Positions 13,206 through 25,108 of a stretch of DNA of 64,000 nt are shown piece by piece. Each line of letters starts with the position of its first letter. The stretch's first letter is position 1. Location of the stretch: positions 2,377,929 to 2,441,928 of the forward strand of contig OU015570.1 of NCBI GenBank assembly GCA_907165135.1, in the 5' to 3' direction. The stretch is from Oikopleura dioica. Lineage: Eukaryota; Animalia; Chordata. The position numbers and the translations under genes are program-made. The notes beneath the pieces were generated by a model, which was not told where the DNA came from, did not search any database, and saw only the letters and a list, made by a program, of their open reading frames with translations.

Positions 13206-14021
13206 TTGGTCCGGACGCCGACTGCTTAAATGTCGTCACTTATCACATTCAAAATGAATATCCTGACTTTCAGACAGAAGATAACTTAGACATTTGGAGA
13301 GGAAGCACGGAAGTAGTGCACTCATCAGACATGACAAGAACACGCGGGAAACGTTATTGATGAAGAACACGATGATGATAATCGAAAACATAGAAACAAA
13401 GAAGATACGATGATGAAGAAATTGTTGAAGAAGAAGCACGGAGAAGGAAAGCTTTCCCGTCTTTAGAGAGAAAAAGGACGACCAGCGACGGCACTCTCAC
13501 ACTGGAAGAGCCCTGAAAGACCTGTAGAGGGAAGGTTGTAAGAAGAGATGCATAGGATGCAAGGAATTCCGAGGCCAGGCACATGGTCGCTGAAGGGTAT
13601 GGTACATACCGGTTGTGTGTTAAAATTATTTTCCCTTTGACGAAGAAAAATGTGTATATGCGTCAAAATTTCGTAAAGACAATAAACATCCTGATAACGA
13701 AAATATATTTTCGACGTTTTCCGTGACAACCGTGACCTTGGCGCAACTTAAACAGGAAATGGACAATCACTCGAGTGGTCCAGAGACAATTTTGAAAAAA
13801 GACGCATCCGAATCTTCTGCGATCAGCCTGCAGAGCGTGCAAGTAGAGAAAGAAACAGAAAAAGAAACAAACCGATACATCATCATTGGATTATACAATA
13901 TAAATGGATTATTTCTACAACATGGACACGACCTTTACATGACACTTTATTCGAAGAGACGAAGAAATTGGATTGGACTACTCTACTCGATTTTTTTATA
14001 TTCTTAGGACACGACACGATA

Positions 14022-14407
14022 CAGTGAAAAACCCATTTTAGGCCCGAGTCTACCGCATGTTTCTATCGCCCGAACCAAGTATGATTCAAAATGTGTTCTT
14101 TAAATTGGACTCTTGATGATTCTTTCTTTCATTCTTTCAAAAATATTTTTCTGCCAACAAATCAGAGAAATGGATCAAAAATCCCCATCGAGATCTTCAT
14201 GCACTTGAACCCAGCAATCTTCAAGCGATCATGGATCAACAAAGGACAACTTCAAAAGAATTATTTTCGAGAAGAAATCGAGCAGTTTGAAGATCTCGAT
14301 ACTGCAGAAAATATTCTGGACAAACAAGAATTAGTCGAGCATTTTCTGGCGCTTCAAATGGAAGAGCTACGACTCGGCGAGTCGTAGCTCCCCGCTTCAA
14401 ATTGATG
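14022..14407. mobile_element. 5' part of a CAGTGAAA-family element
   Basis: TA|CAGTGAAAAACCCATTTTAGGCCC start; 14228-14407 matches 11957-12134. Confidence 0.65.
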
Positions 14408-15341
14408 TTTTACCTTTTTTTTATTAAGTTAAGAACTTGTTACAGAATTTTCGATGACTATTTTACCTATATTTCATTGGGTTTAGAATTTTAAATGTAG
14501 AATTTGACTAGAAATTATCATTTTCAACCGCCAAATTATAGAGAGAGTATTTTGAAATAAAAATTTCTTTTGAGATAATATAGGACTAAGAGGTTAAAAA
14601 AGATAGAATATTTCATGCTTATTGATATTATTTACTTTAACGCGAATGGTGAGTGATAATTATGGAATTTTTGCTAGTAGAATGAATTTAAATCATAATT
14701 TTACATAGTTTAATCAAGTTGAATATTTTTGATTTTACGTAGCTTTTTAATTCATCCTTATCATCGCATATAAATTCAGTGACGAATAAACGAATTTTTT
14801 TGGACTCTAAAAAAGATTAAAATCTATTATTCGATAAAAGGGAGTCAAAATTTTGTAAATTTATTTTTTGACAAATTTCAATTTTATTCAAATCTATTCT
14901 GGTTTTAATATTTAAAAAGATTATATTTTAAATTTATAATTTCTCTTATTTTATAACAACAAGGGAGGAGAGGCGTAGTAATTCGATCAAGAATATTTTT
15001 TTCGTCTTTTACTCACGAAGTCACGCGAATAAGAGAAAATTTAAATCGAAAAATCATATTTATTGAATGTTTTGGAGCCTCTGAGATAATTTCTGAAATT
15101 TTAACCCGTTCGCGCACATCGACCGAAAAATTGCTAACATCGATTTTTGTCTATTTTTTATTATATTAAAGTATAGAAATAGATATATTTGTTGTTTTTA
15201 CTTAATATATATTTAAAAGATGAGTAATCAAGTTAGAAAAATGAATTATGAGGTGACTAACCGGTGATCGACCTCACCCTCTTTCGGAACCCTTTCGGGA
15301 CGTCAAATGACAGCAAGACCTCTCGGCGCCACAGTTAGTAT

Positions 15342-15702
15342 TGTTGTAATATGCTTCCTGATTTATGATAACTATAGTAACTATAGTTAGTACATATGTA
15401 CTAAGCTAAGTTCCTGCTAAGTAAGCATACTACTTTTGGATTGACGATAATTCGGTGTTTATTTGTGATTCTGGGGCAAGGCCAGAATGAGGGAAAATGG
15501 GCATGGTCAGGCACTTTTATAGGAGCGCTCGCTCACAAGTCTCACTTCAAGTTCGACTTTATTTCTGAGCTGCAGTTCCGAGTTGAGTGATGAGCTCGCG
15601 CTTCGCAGTTGGTGCTCGCGCTCGCCCCTCAGCTTCGGATTCTGTGAGCTTGGCTCGAGACTCGACTTTCGTTTTTGTTATCATAAGTTATGGACCATAA
15701 CA
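15342..15702 (-). repeat. 3' LTR
   Basis: TGTTGTAATA...CCATAACA; by eye it differs from 63311-63671 at only 2 positions. Confidence 0.95.
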
Positions 15703-15715
15703 CTTTTCCCCCCTT
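15703..15715 (-). promoter_or_regulatory. polypurine tract (PPT)
   Basis: Minus strand AAGGGGGGAAAAG abuts the 3' LTR. Confidence 0.85.
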
Positions 15716-15740
15716 GCTGGCAAAATAAAATTGAGTTCAG

Positions 15741-15987
15741 GTTACAGCTACAGTAAAGTTTAACGATGAGCTTAAGTAAAGATTAACGTTGAGCTACAGT
15801 AAGGTTTAACGTTGAGCTACAGAGAAGATTTACGTTGAGCTACAGTAAGGTTTAACGTTGAGCTACAGTAAGGTTTAGCGTTGAGCTGCAGAGAAGATTT
15901 ACATTGAGCTACAGTAAGGTTTAACGTTGAGCTACAGTAAAATTAGACGTTGAGCTACAGTAAGGTTTAACTTCGAGCTACAGTAAG
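15741..15987. repeat. 23-bp tandem repeat (GTTGAGCTACAGTAAGGTTTAAC), about 11 units
   Basis: Visible tandem units with a variant GTTGAGCTACAGAGAAGATTTAC; lies in the 3' UTR of the LTR element. Confidence 0.9.
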
Positions 15988-16121
15988 AGATAAAATGTTC
16001 TGAGTCGAAAAATTTGAAGGGCTGTTGCTGCTGTTTGAGGTCTTCTTCCCACCTATTCTTCCCCTCCTTCTGCCAGTGTCGTTGAGCTACGTTTGTGTCA
16101 GGATGTAAAAACACTAGTTTC

Positions 16122-16721
16122 TTACTTGAAGTTGTTATGCTGCAAAGCCATCGTAAGAAATGCCATCCTTGAGCATCCGCAAAGTATGCATTTTCGTGTA
16201 AGGCGAGCGAATTGTACGGCGCATTCAGGATGAAAGGAGTGAAGGCAGCGCAGTGTTACTGTGGGGTTACCCTTTCGACAAATCGGGCGTAAACGGCCGT
16301 TTGTATGATTCTCCATGTGTGTCGTAAAGAGACGAAGTCTCATCGAGTCCCAGCAAGCAGGACAATGATCATATTTTTGGCATCGCTCAAAGAAGCAGTT
16401 TATGTGAAGAAAGTGCCCACATTTTGCTTTGATACCCATCTTCATACTTGATTCACTGTCTCGCGTTGAACAAAAAACGCAGACTTCGTCAGGGTTTAGC
16501 GTTACTCTTCGGCATCCTTCGACGAAAACGAACATGAAAGTTGTTGTAACGAGCCAATTGATGGGTGTTTCTTCGGCTTTTCTATTGACAGAGCTAGTTC
16601 TTCCGGCTCTTTCAAGGCGACCACTCGAAAAATCGTTTCTGTTACTCATGATCTGAATCAGAGTTCTAATAGTTTCTGTCAGCTTACAATAATGGATGTC
16701 TTTAACAGCTGTAAATTTCAT
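16122..16721 (-). CDS. tandem RING-H2 protein at the env/ORF3 position of the LTR element
   Basis: 199 aa. RING1 CVFC-x17-CGHFLHINC-x10-CPAC is a complete C3H2C3. RING2 RPIC...CLHSFHPEC...CILC has its first Cys replaced by Arg (codon CGC). Confidence 0.8.
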   Translation of the reverse strand: MKFTAVKDIHYCKLTETIRTLIQIMSNRNDFSSGRLERAGRTSSVNRKAEETPINWLVTTTFMFVFVEGCRRVTLNPDEVCVFCSTRDSESSMKMGIKAKCGHFLHINCFFERCQKYDHCPACWDSMRLRLFTTHMENHTNGRLRPICRKGNPTVTLRCLHSFHPECAVQFARLTRKCILCGCSRMAFLTMALQHNNFK

Positions 16722-16999
16722 CGTTTTAGCTATGTTTTTTCAAAAGAAGAGCTTTTAGCAAAAACTGTATAAAAAAGAACTGTAACAGTAAAAATTAAGT
16801 TCACTTTTCGTAAAAAACTTGCGTTTTTCGGAATCCGTTTTTAGATGCTGGAATTGATGTTTAAACGGTATTTGAGAAAATCCCTTTTTTTTTTAAAGCT
16901 CATCGATCAATTTTTTTTATGAGCCCATTGAATTGAACTTACAGTTAATCAGTGTTTAGCTACAGAATGATAAGTGGAATCCTTAATGGTTCAGTTTTT

Positions 17000-19478
17000 C
17001 TGTAATCGGACTCAAGTTTTTTTTTATGAATCAGTCTTTCATGAGAGTCCATGATTCTTTTGTCCATATTTTCTGATTTCCATGAGATTTTCGATGAAGA
17101 CAGACGTAAGCTAAATAATTGCAATTATGATCCGTTTACTTTCAAATGAAGAAAACGAGGTTTTTCTTTTCCAATAGGACTAGTTTTTTCAAAATGGAGG
17201 AATAAGGGGATGAATGAAAGTACTATTTAAATGAATATTTATCTTAAGGGTACGGTTATCGATTTTGAAAAGGGGTTTATTCTGATTGTTGAAAAAACTT
17301 TGTCGTTTCCTGAATTTAAGAAGCTTCCGTCAGTTTTTGGTGTAATGAGCCTCGTACGGACCAAAATTTTGGAAAAATCTGTATTAAGGCTAGTTTTTAT
17401 TAAATTTTATGATCAAAAGGGTTAGAGTCCGTTTAAGATTCCTAATTTTGCGTTTTCCGAAAATCAGGTTCGCGCGGATGAATTTCTGTGGTGAAACCCT
17501 TAGTTGATTTTACTTGCTGTTTCGGAAAAAGCATCCCTTTAGCTTTTATCAATACTGTTAAGGGTGTCTTGATCATTCAATGAAGATTGGAAATTCAATT
17601 ATTGAGCCTCTTCAGAGCACTGACCAGGTAAATTTTACTTGTTTCCTTACAAAAAGTGCTGAATTTGTATTTACAAAATCGATTTTCGACAATATTTGAG
17701 ATTGCGCTCGAAAAATTTTGTTATAAAAATTTCTTCCGTCACCTGAGCTACGGTCGAAATTCGTAAAAAAACGGGGTGGGGTTCCTTAAGTCAGAAATTT
17801 TTAATGATTGAACATTATTTTCATCAATGGGTATTCTGATTGGTTCCGAGAAACAAAGATCAAGTTAAGCAAATCAATTTTATTGAAACCCGTGATCTGC
17901 GCTAGAATTGACCTTCTCAGAGTTATTCGAGCGTAACGGTGGTGTCCTCAATACTGTTCGCTCCTAATTATTTTATTGGCCGTAAAATTTCGAACTTCTC
18001 CTTCGCCGCCTTGACCTCTTTATTTTTATGGTTTCTGCCTGAGCGCTTCAACCGAGTTTCTGAATTTCAGAATTTCTCATTTTGAAAAATCGGTCAAAAA
18101 GGCCTAGAAAATGATTTTTTTCAAATCTAGAGGTTAAAAGAAGGAAAGCAAAGAAAGAAAAAGATGGAAGACGAATTTTTGAAAATATCTAAAGTAAGTC
18201 GGGAGCAATTTTTTTTCAGCGCATTTTCGGACTAAGTACAATTTAAGGGTATGCATTTCTTTTAAATTTTCGGATTCGCCGTTTTTCCGAAAATGAAATA
18301 TTAAAGATTACAAAGGATCTTTATCCCAACTTCAGTTGCATTTAAACGAAAGTGGGCAACTCTAAAATGGTCAATAAGAAATTCATTTAATAATTTCGGG
18401 GCTCAAATTTCTTAACTCAGATCTTTCTAGAAACGCAAGAGTCCTATTTTAAAATCGACTGAACCCAAAGGGTTTTGCGCTCTGAATTCAAGTGAGCCTT
18501 TTTCTTTAAGAATATCATAAAACAATTTTCAATTGAACTAGTAATGTCAATTCGAGCCCTTATTTCAAAAATTCTTTATCTCAAATATGAACAGAGGACA
18601 AGCACAACTCAAAAGCATTGTTGCATCACAAATTCTCCGTATCACGTGACCTTCACGAATATCATTTTAGATAAGCAATTGCTTGAATATCCCTTAAAAA
18701 TGAAATGAACAGAAATTCTTCCTTTTTCACTACTTTTGATTCATTTTTTCTAAATGCGAATTTTTCTTGGCTTGATTCGGGTGGGTCAAAAGTTATTTAC
18801 CATTGTAAATTTGGCTACTTGAGAAAACTTTCATAGGTCACAAACACTGTTTGAAAGCTGCGTTTTCAAAAACTTTTTCCGGTCGTGTTCAGATTCCGGT
18901 CCCCGGAATACAAACATAGGTAAAATAGCTTTTTTTCTGGCTCAAGTCTTTCATTTGACTCGGAGTGTTAAATATTTCTTTGAGATCATTTTATTTTTCA
19001 AATTATGTAACGAAAGCCCTTTATCCTCAAATTTTCGTAATGGCTATATTTGCGTCTTATTTATCAAAGTTTAAAATTTGTGAAGTTGTCGTAAAAACTT
19101 ATTATTTGAGCTGATTTGCTCTCGCTTTGTGGTTTATTAACTTACTTTTTTCTGACGCGAAACGAAATCGGTGGGCTTATTCTTTTCCACAGACGTTCAG
19201 AGATTTTTCAAAGTGAATCTCCATGGGCCCACTTTCGTGTAGTGAGATGGCCAAACGTCATTTACGGGGTGCCTTTGGCTCCCTGGCAGTATACTGAGAC
19301 CAACTGCCCTCCAAATGGAATCCCTATTATGTTAAATACCTTTACTTAGCGAGAGACCACATGCATGATCCATGCGTATGGCGAAGTCAATATTGTCTTT
19401 GCCTATCCCTCTGCAAGGTGATAATAACATCTGTCACCGGTCTACAGTTTGCCTGCGAAACGTAAAAATAAGGTCTAT
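17000..19478 (-). pseudogene. pol: heavily decayed pol (RT/RNase H remnants), 3' part
   Basis: Minus-strand remnants IDL, HLAEG*AKTILTSPY, VFNIIGIPFG (RT-like) and ICDAT (RNase H-like); no long ORF; left boundary approximate. Confidence 0.5.
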
Positions 19479-19803
19479 AGTAGTATAATGTCTGGCTAGG
19501 GCTTAGCTGCAGGCCGCCCTTTCGCCGCGCCGAGTCCAAAATGAAAAAAGTGAAAAAAGGGTGGATTTTGCGCGCTCGACATATGGGGACCCCGGGGCAA
19601 ATACTTGGAAAATATTCAGACTTTGACTAGGGTGGGCAGGCCGTACGGCAGGCCGTTTGGACTCGGTGCAGTTTTGGGCGATTTGCAGCCAGGCTCTAGC
19701 CAGACATTTTACTCAAGTGGTCGATCAAAATTAAGTGGTCAATAAAAACGAGTGGTCAATAAAAACGAGTGGTCAATAAAAGTGGCCGAAAGGCTCTAGA
19801 ATC
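19479..19803 (+). repeat. Polinton left TIR
   Basis: Reverse complement of 58364-58700; the outer about 235 bp are near-identical; the inner part has AATAAAAACGAGTGGTC tandem units in variable number. Confidence 0.97.
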
Positions 19804-20268
19804 GGGGGGATAAAAATTTTAGCGACGAATTGGAAGCTGCCACCGGAAGTGCTTGGAATTGCTGCCACTGGAAGTCGACGGAGAAGCTGTCATCGAAAGT
19901 GGAACCTACTCCGCTGCTGAAACTACAAACGCCGCCCGTAAGCTGGAAAACTCTGCTCTACTCGACGACCGTTGTTCTCTGCAAAAGGTAAAATGAACAC
20001 AGTTTCAGAAATCAAGAACCTTTATTAGCACAATGGGAGCATGGATAGCGATTGGAGCAGAAATGAAGGCGAGCCGTTGATTGGAGGAGGTCTTGTTGGT
20101 CGCTCGCAAATTCACACGCTCGCTGTCGCCGGGTAAAAGTATTTTTCCACGTGACTGGCTTGATGGTACTCAGCTGCTGACCCATTCTAAATGCTCTCAT
20201 CTGATCACTGCACGCTAAAAGAATTTAATAAAGAATCAGTCGCAAATAAATGAAAATCAGGCTAACTT

Positions 20269-20746
20269 TTACTCGGACTCTTTGTCTTCCTTGTTGTCTT
20301 CGAGTTTCATTTCTTTGGCAAGTGCGTCGGCAGCAACTTTGCAAACTTCCTTGACGTCCTCATCGGTAAGGCTGGGCAGGCGAGGCTCATAATCATGCAT
20401 AAAGTACTTCAAATCGTCGGGCATTATGCGAAAGTTGTTTTCGTACATGCAGATGTTGCTCTCGAGTTCTTGCAGGTACTCGCATTTCAGTTGACAAATT
20501 GGGTTGGTGCAAGCCGCCGCCAAAAGACACTGGTAAATGTCAAAGGAGAGCTGATCTTCAAAGACGTGGAATCGTGGAAAGGTGCCGTCCTTGACGAGCT
20601 TGGCGGCAATTTCCTTGAGTTTTGAAATGGTCCATTGGCGGTAAACGGTACCCTGGAAATCTCTTAGCAACAAGTACCCTAGAAGAATTATTAAAAAAGA
20701 TTTTACCTCTGGCATATTTGCAGCGTCTAATAGCTTTCATTGACAT
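20269..20746 (-). CDS. Polinton orphan protein (about 150 aa, one short intron)
   Basis: MSMKAIRRCKYAR joins GYLLLRDFQG... through a GT-AG intron at 20679-20706 (28 nt, unusually short); acidic C-terminus. Confidence 0.5.
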
Positions 20747-22343
20747 GCTAATATAATCATGGGGATTAATAATTCAGCCTTCCCACACGCCCAACAGTTG
20801 TTCTAGAACACCCAAATTGTTGTTGTGGATAATGGTTGGGGTGTTGATGAAATTCCGTATTTTTGCGAAAAAGGGCTCACAATCTCTAGAATTGTTGTCA
20901 ACCTGAGGCCGAAATTTCAAATTTCAATCAGTCGCCACTCGTTGCTCGACACAAAAGCTGCATTTTGCGCTTTCTACGTTTATCATGAAAACTAGGTCCA
21001 AGACCGCTTCCGAACGCCTGCGTGCGAATTCTACCGTGGAAGAAGCAACTGCTGAAGGTAAGTGCGCTACTTCTTTATTTGCAGGGAGAGGGGGGAAATT
21101 TACAGGGCCAAAAAAATCTTCACTTCTTTCGCTTCTGACTGACTGACTTCAAATATCTTCTTGTCCTCTTGGTTCTTGAATTTGAATGGTTGGCAGGTCC
21201 GATTTTCATTGTCGATCTGAAAAGGGTTAGAGTTTAGAGAGAGTTTTCAAAGAAGTCTATTCTTGTGACAGTTGCGAGATCGTTTAGATTCATTTCAAAA
21301 GTTTTCTTTGCAAAACTAAAACGTGTCAGGTTTTCATTTTAGAATGGGAGTCGCAAAGACAGTATACATAGCGTTTCATTTTAATGTCGGTGCGCATGGA
21401 ATGAACGAGGAGATCATAGTTTCATTTTAACATACGTTGCCATGTGAATGAGGAAAATGGTTGCGATTCATTTTATCACTAAACTTGGGCTAGAATCATT
21501 TACGCAACGGGCTCATTTTATTCAAATTCGCTCGGGAATATAGTTGCCAAAGCGGAAATGGTTTCATTTTCTAATCATCTTGGTAACATTCGTGTTTATT
21601 GTTGGGATTCATTTCAAAACAAGTGCGGGAATATTGGCGGCCACGGTCTAGTTTCATTTTAAATTCGAAATGTGCATCAACACCAAAGAGAGTATAGTGT
21701 TTCATTTTAAGCGCAGGGGGAGAAGCTTTGGTACTTTCTCAAAATTTTAAAGTTTCATTTTGTTACGACTCGGACACCACTAAGGTGCGCTTTCAATTTA
21801 ATTGGGCAGATTTGCTTTTCAATTTCCGGCCAAAGTATGCATTAGACCATAGACATATCATACCTTTTTAGAATCCTCTTGGCATGCTCTTTTGCTTTAT
21901 CGAGCCAGAATTCAAAATATCCGGCTTTTATCGGATTTTTTGTCGGTTTTACCGTAAATTAATCGGTTTTTCTCAAATTTGAAATCAAAACTTCTGTATC
22001 CTCTACTCTGCTTTGTTTTCGAGCCGAAAAGCCCATGATGACTCATCGTTGATAAGGTTGAATCTGGCTTTTTATACCCAATAAGAGAAACAACAGCAGA
22101 TACAAAGAAGAAAAAGAGAAAAAGAAGAACTTCAAAAAGAGAATCGAAGCTGGATAGTCTGGTGGTGGAGTAATGACGTCATTTTATCGGTTTCAATAGT
22201 TTTTTGAGGGTTTTTATTGCTTTTTTTCATGGTTTTTTCTCTTTCCATTGGATCATTTTGGAACTAAAAATTATTTAAATTGTATCTAACTCCAACATAG
22301 ACAAAAAAGGAGTTTGAGGACCTTCGGCCACAAATGATCGAGA

Positions 22344-25108
22344 ATGCGAGGAAGATTTTCGATTTGGTTTTTGATCAAGATTTGCGACGGTTACCTGATG
22401 AAAACTCGCGTATCGTTACACGCGCACTTCGAGGTACTAAAAACGACCTTTTTTGGTTTAACAATTATTACAGCAATATTTTGCGGGCTCAAAGAAGATC
22501 TTCCATCTTATTTTGAAGATGTTGATTTTCATAAAATCGATCTTGAAAAGATGCGCAACTACGATCATCAACTCTACAATAAACATCCGAAACGCAACTC
22601 TGGAAATCGAGTTGAGGGTCTGACACGGAAGAAAAGCAACAGATCAATGACAAAAAATGAAGAGATACGAGATGACATGATCCGATTTTTTGAAGAAAAT
22701 TCCGTTCTTGACACAAGATGCAGAAACGAGGCGACGGTTGCTGGAGAAGTGAAGAGAAAACGGCTTCTTCAGAAGCCCTGTTGGGTTTTGCTCCAGAAAT
22801 ACGATGAAGAGAAGAAGAAAGAGGTCGCAGAAAGGCGCCAGCGGAATGAAAATGTGAAAGACCCCCCGAGTATAAGTACTTATCGTCGAATTTATGTTGA
22901 AAACTTCTCGAAATGGCTTCGACTCGCAGACAACAACGCAATATTGAACTGTTATTGCCCAGTACACCTACAAATGGAACTCTTCACATCCGCGATCAAC
23001 AGATATGCGCTTGCAGCTCCCATAACAGATGCTGATCTTGTTGAGTTCTCGATTTGTGAAAATTCTGGCCATCGACTGAAGTGCATAGAAAACTTGTGCG
23101 AGTACTGTAACGATACAGAAATCGGATATGAACATTCAAAAGCAAGACTTGAAGACCATTTTCATGGTGTACCACCAGATGCCGAAATCACTTACGCCCA
23201 ACTTGTTGAAGTCGAACGCACCGATGCCAACCAAAACGCATACAAGAGAGAACAGCTTGTGATGCAACTTGCTACTCGTGACGAGTTCATCGCTGTAGTA
23301 AGCGACTATCTTCAACGTGGTTGCCTTGCTACAGGAGCACAGAGGAAGACCATCAATCACTACGAACTTGTGAGAGAGTCAAAAGACTTCCGAAAAGTGA
23401 ATCTTGGCAACTGTACATATGACAAGGACTCGATGCTTCTTGTCACTGACTATGGTAAGTTAAGAACTCTATCAAAGGATTCTTAAGGCTAGTAAGGGCT
23501 TTATCAGAGGATTCTGAGGGCTAGTCAGGACTTTATCAGATGATTCTGAAGGGTGGTAAGGACAATATCAGATGATTCTGAAGGCTAGTCAGGACTTTAT
23601 CAGACGATTCTGAAGGCTAGTCAGGACTTTATCAGACGATTCTGAAGGCTAGTCAGGACTTTATCAGACGATTCTGAAGGGTAGTAAGGACAATATTAGA
23701 TGATTCTGAGGGCTAGTCAGTACTTTACCAGATGATTCTGAAGGGTAGTTAGGACAATATCAGATGATTCTGAGGGCTAGTCAGGACTTTATCAGATGAT
23801 TCTGAAGGGTAGTAAGGACTATATCTGTGGATTCTGAGGGCTAGTCAGGACTTGACCAGAGGATTCATCAGATAAAGTCCTTGATGGTCTCCAGAATCAT
23901 CAGATAGAGTTCTTGAGAACCTTCGGAATCATCAGATATAGTCCTTGATAGCCTTCAGAATCATCAGAAAAAGTCCTTGATGGGCTTAAGAATCGTCTGG
24001 TAATGTTCTGACATCACTCAAGAATCTCAGCCAATCATAAGGCAGTATTTAAAATTTGAACCAATCAGAAACAAGGATTCTTTCCATGAGCCAATCAGAA
24101 ACCAGTATTCTTTCCTTGAGCCAATCAGAAGCCAGTATTCATAAATTGAGCCAATCAAATCCATTGTTCTATAATTTTATTCTAGCGATGGGAGTCAGCT
24201 GCAGAGAATTATGCGAAACTTCCAATATGCATTTCAAGAGAGACAGTTACCCCTTGCTCTCGATCATAAGCTACGGAGTTGACCAGAACAACAATGCGAA
24301 GAAGATATACAACCATCTTCTAAGCGAGATCCGAGTTGTCAAAGATGTCGAGTTCAGCCTAGCCGGGATCAAATTCGCGCTTGAGAATGCTGTTGCTGCT
24401 GTTGGCCCGAAGAAAAATTTGTGGATTCAGTCAGACGGGGCTGGTATGTGAGTTTAGCATTTTCCGTCAATAACAGAATCTAGAATCTCAATTCTGGTCC
24501 AAAGAAATGTTCTCTACCCTCCCAAGATACTTCAACTTGCTCCAAGCCTATCAATTCCAATCGATTATTTGGTATAAAACAGTCTCTGGGCATGGGAAAG
24601 GTATGTCTCAAAGAAAAATCACACTTAAAATTTGTAAGGAGAGATCGACTCCTCCCACGGATGCGTAAAACAGGACATTGTCCGACAGTACAATCACCTT
24701 GGGGGCTCCGGATTCGGTGGCGAGCGTTTGGAAAATATTGGAGTGGTCGATTCTGCTTCTCAACTCGTAAATTTCCTCAATCAACAACGAAAGGATCATT
24801 TTGGAACTCTTGAGAAGAAAAAAGAAGACAGTAATGGCTACACTCTGGCTGGCCGATACATTTCCGAGTTCATTAATGATCCCAATTTCGTAAAAGAAGG
24901 AGAAAAAATCGCTGGATCTCGAGCATATCATCTTGTTCAACTGGTCAAAGATGAAAATAATCAATGGGATGAAAGAAAACTTTTGTTCAAAAAAAGACCG
25001 ACAGATTCAGTGTGTCCCCGAATTCTACAGAAGAAAGAAGAAAAACATCCATGCCCAACATGTGGTCTTCAACCGTCACTTCATTGGATCCACCATGATC
25101 TTCAATAG
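22344..25108 (+). CDS. transposase (about 650 aa, 3 introns)
   Basis: Introns 23455-24185, 24444-24483 and 24601-24638 splice in frame to give VTDYAMG, QSDGAESQFWSK and GHGKGEIDSSHGCVK; Cys-rich region CYCPVH / CIENLCEYC upstream. Confidence 0.8.
23478..24020. repeat. 32-bp minisatellite with an inverted block (foldback) in transposase intron 1
   Basis: About 12 forward units GATTCTGAAGGCTAGTCAGGACTTTATCAGAT (23478-23860), then about 4-5 diverged inverted units. Confidence 0.85.
24026..24160 (+). promoter_or_regulatory. five CCAAT boxes at about 30-bp spacing
   Basis: RRCCAATCA at about 24030, 24061, 24091, 24121 and 24151; matches the NF-Y consensus. Confidence 0.5.

Noticed and set aside
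11845-14387. Repeated ORFs MITGICYG... and WINKG...LRLGES as genes
   Set aside because: They arise from duplicated LTR and MITE segments and chimeric junctions, not coherent genes.
14410-15250. AT-rich stretch as a feature
   Set aside because: No ORF, repeat or motif structure was found; treated as ordinary intergenic DNA.
21623-21633. Spacer 11-mer GTGCGGGAATA matching the pPolB gene at 46042-46052
   Set aside because: An 11-nt match is expected by chance given about 40 spacers and 128 kb of two-strand sequence.
21288-21783. Array units as tandem mini-ORFs or alternative first exons (minus-strand AAAATG)
   Set aside because: Units checked stop within a few codons or lack a consistent GT donor.
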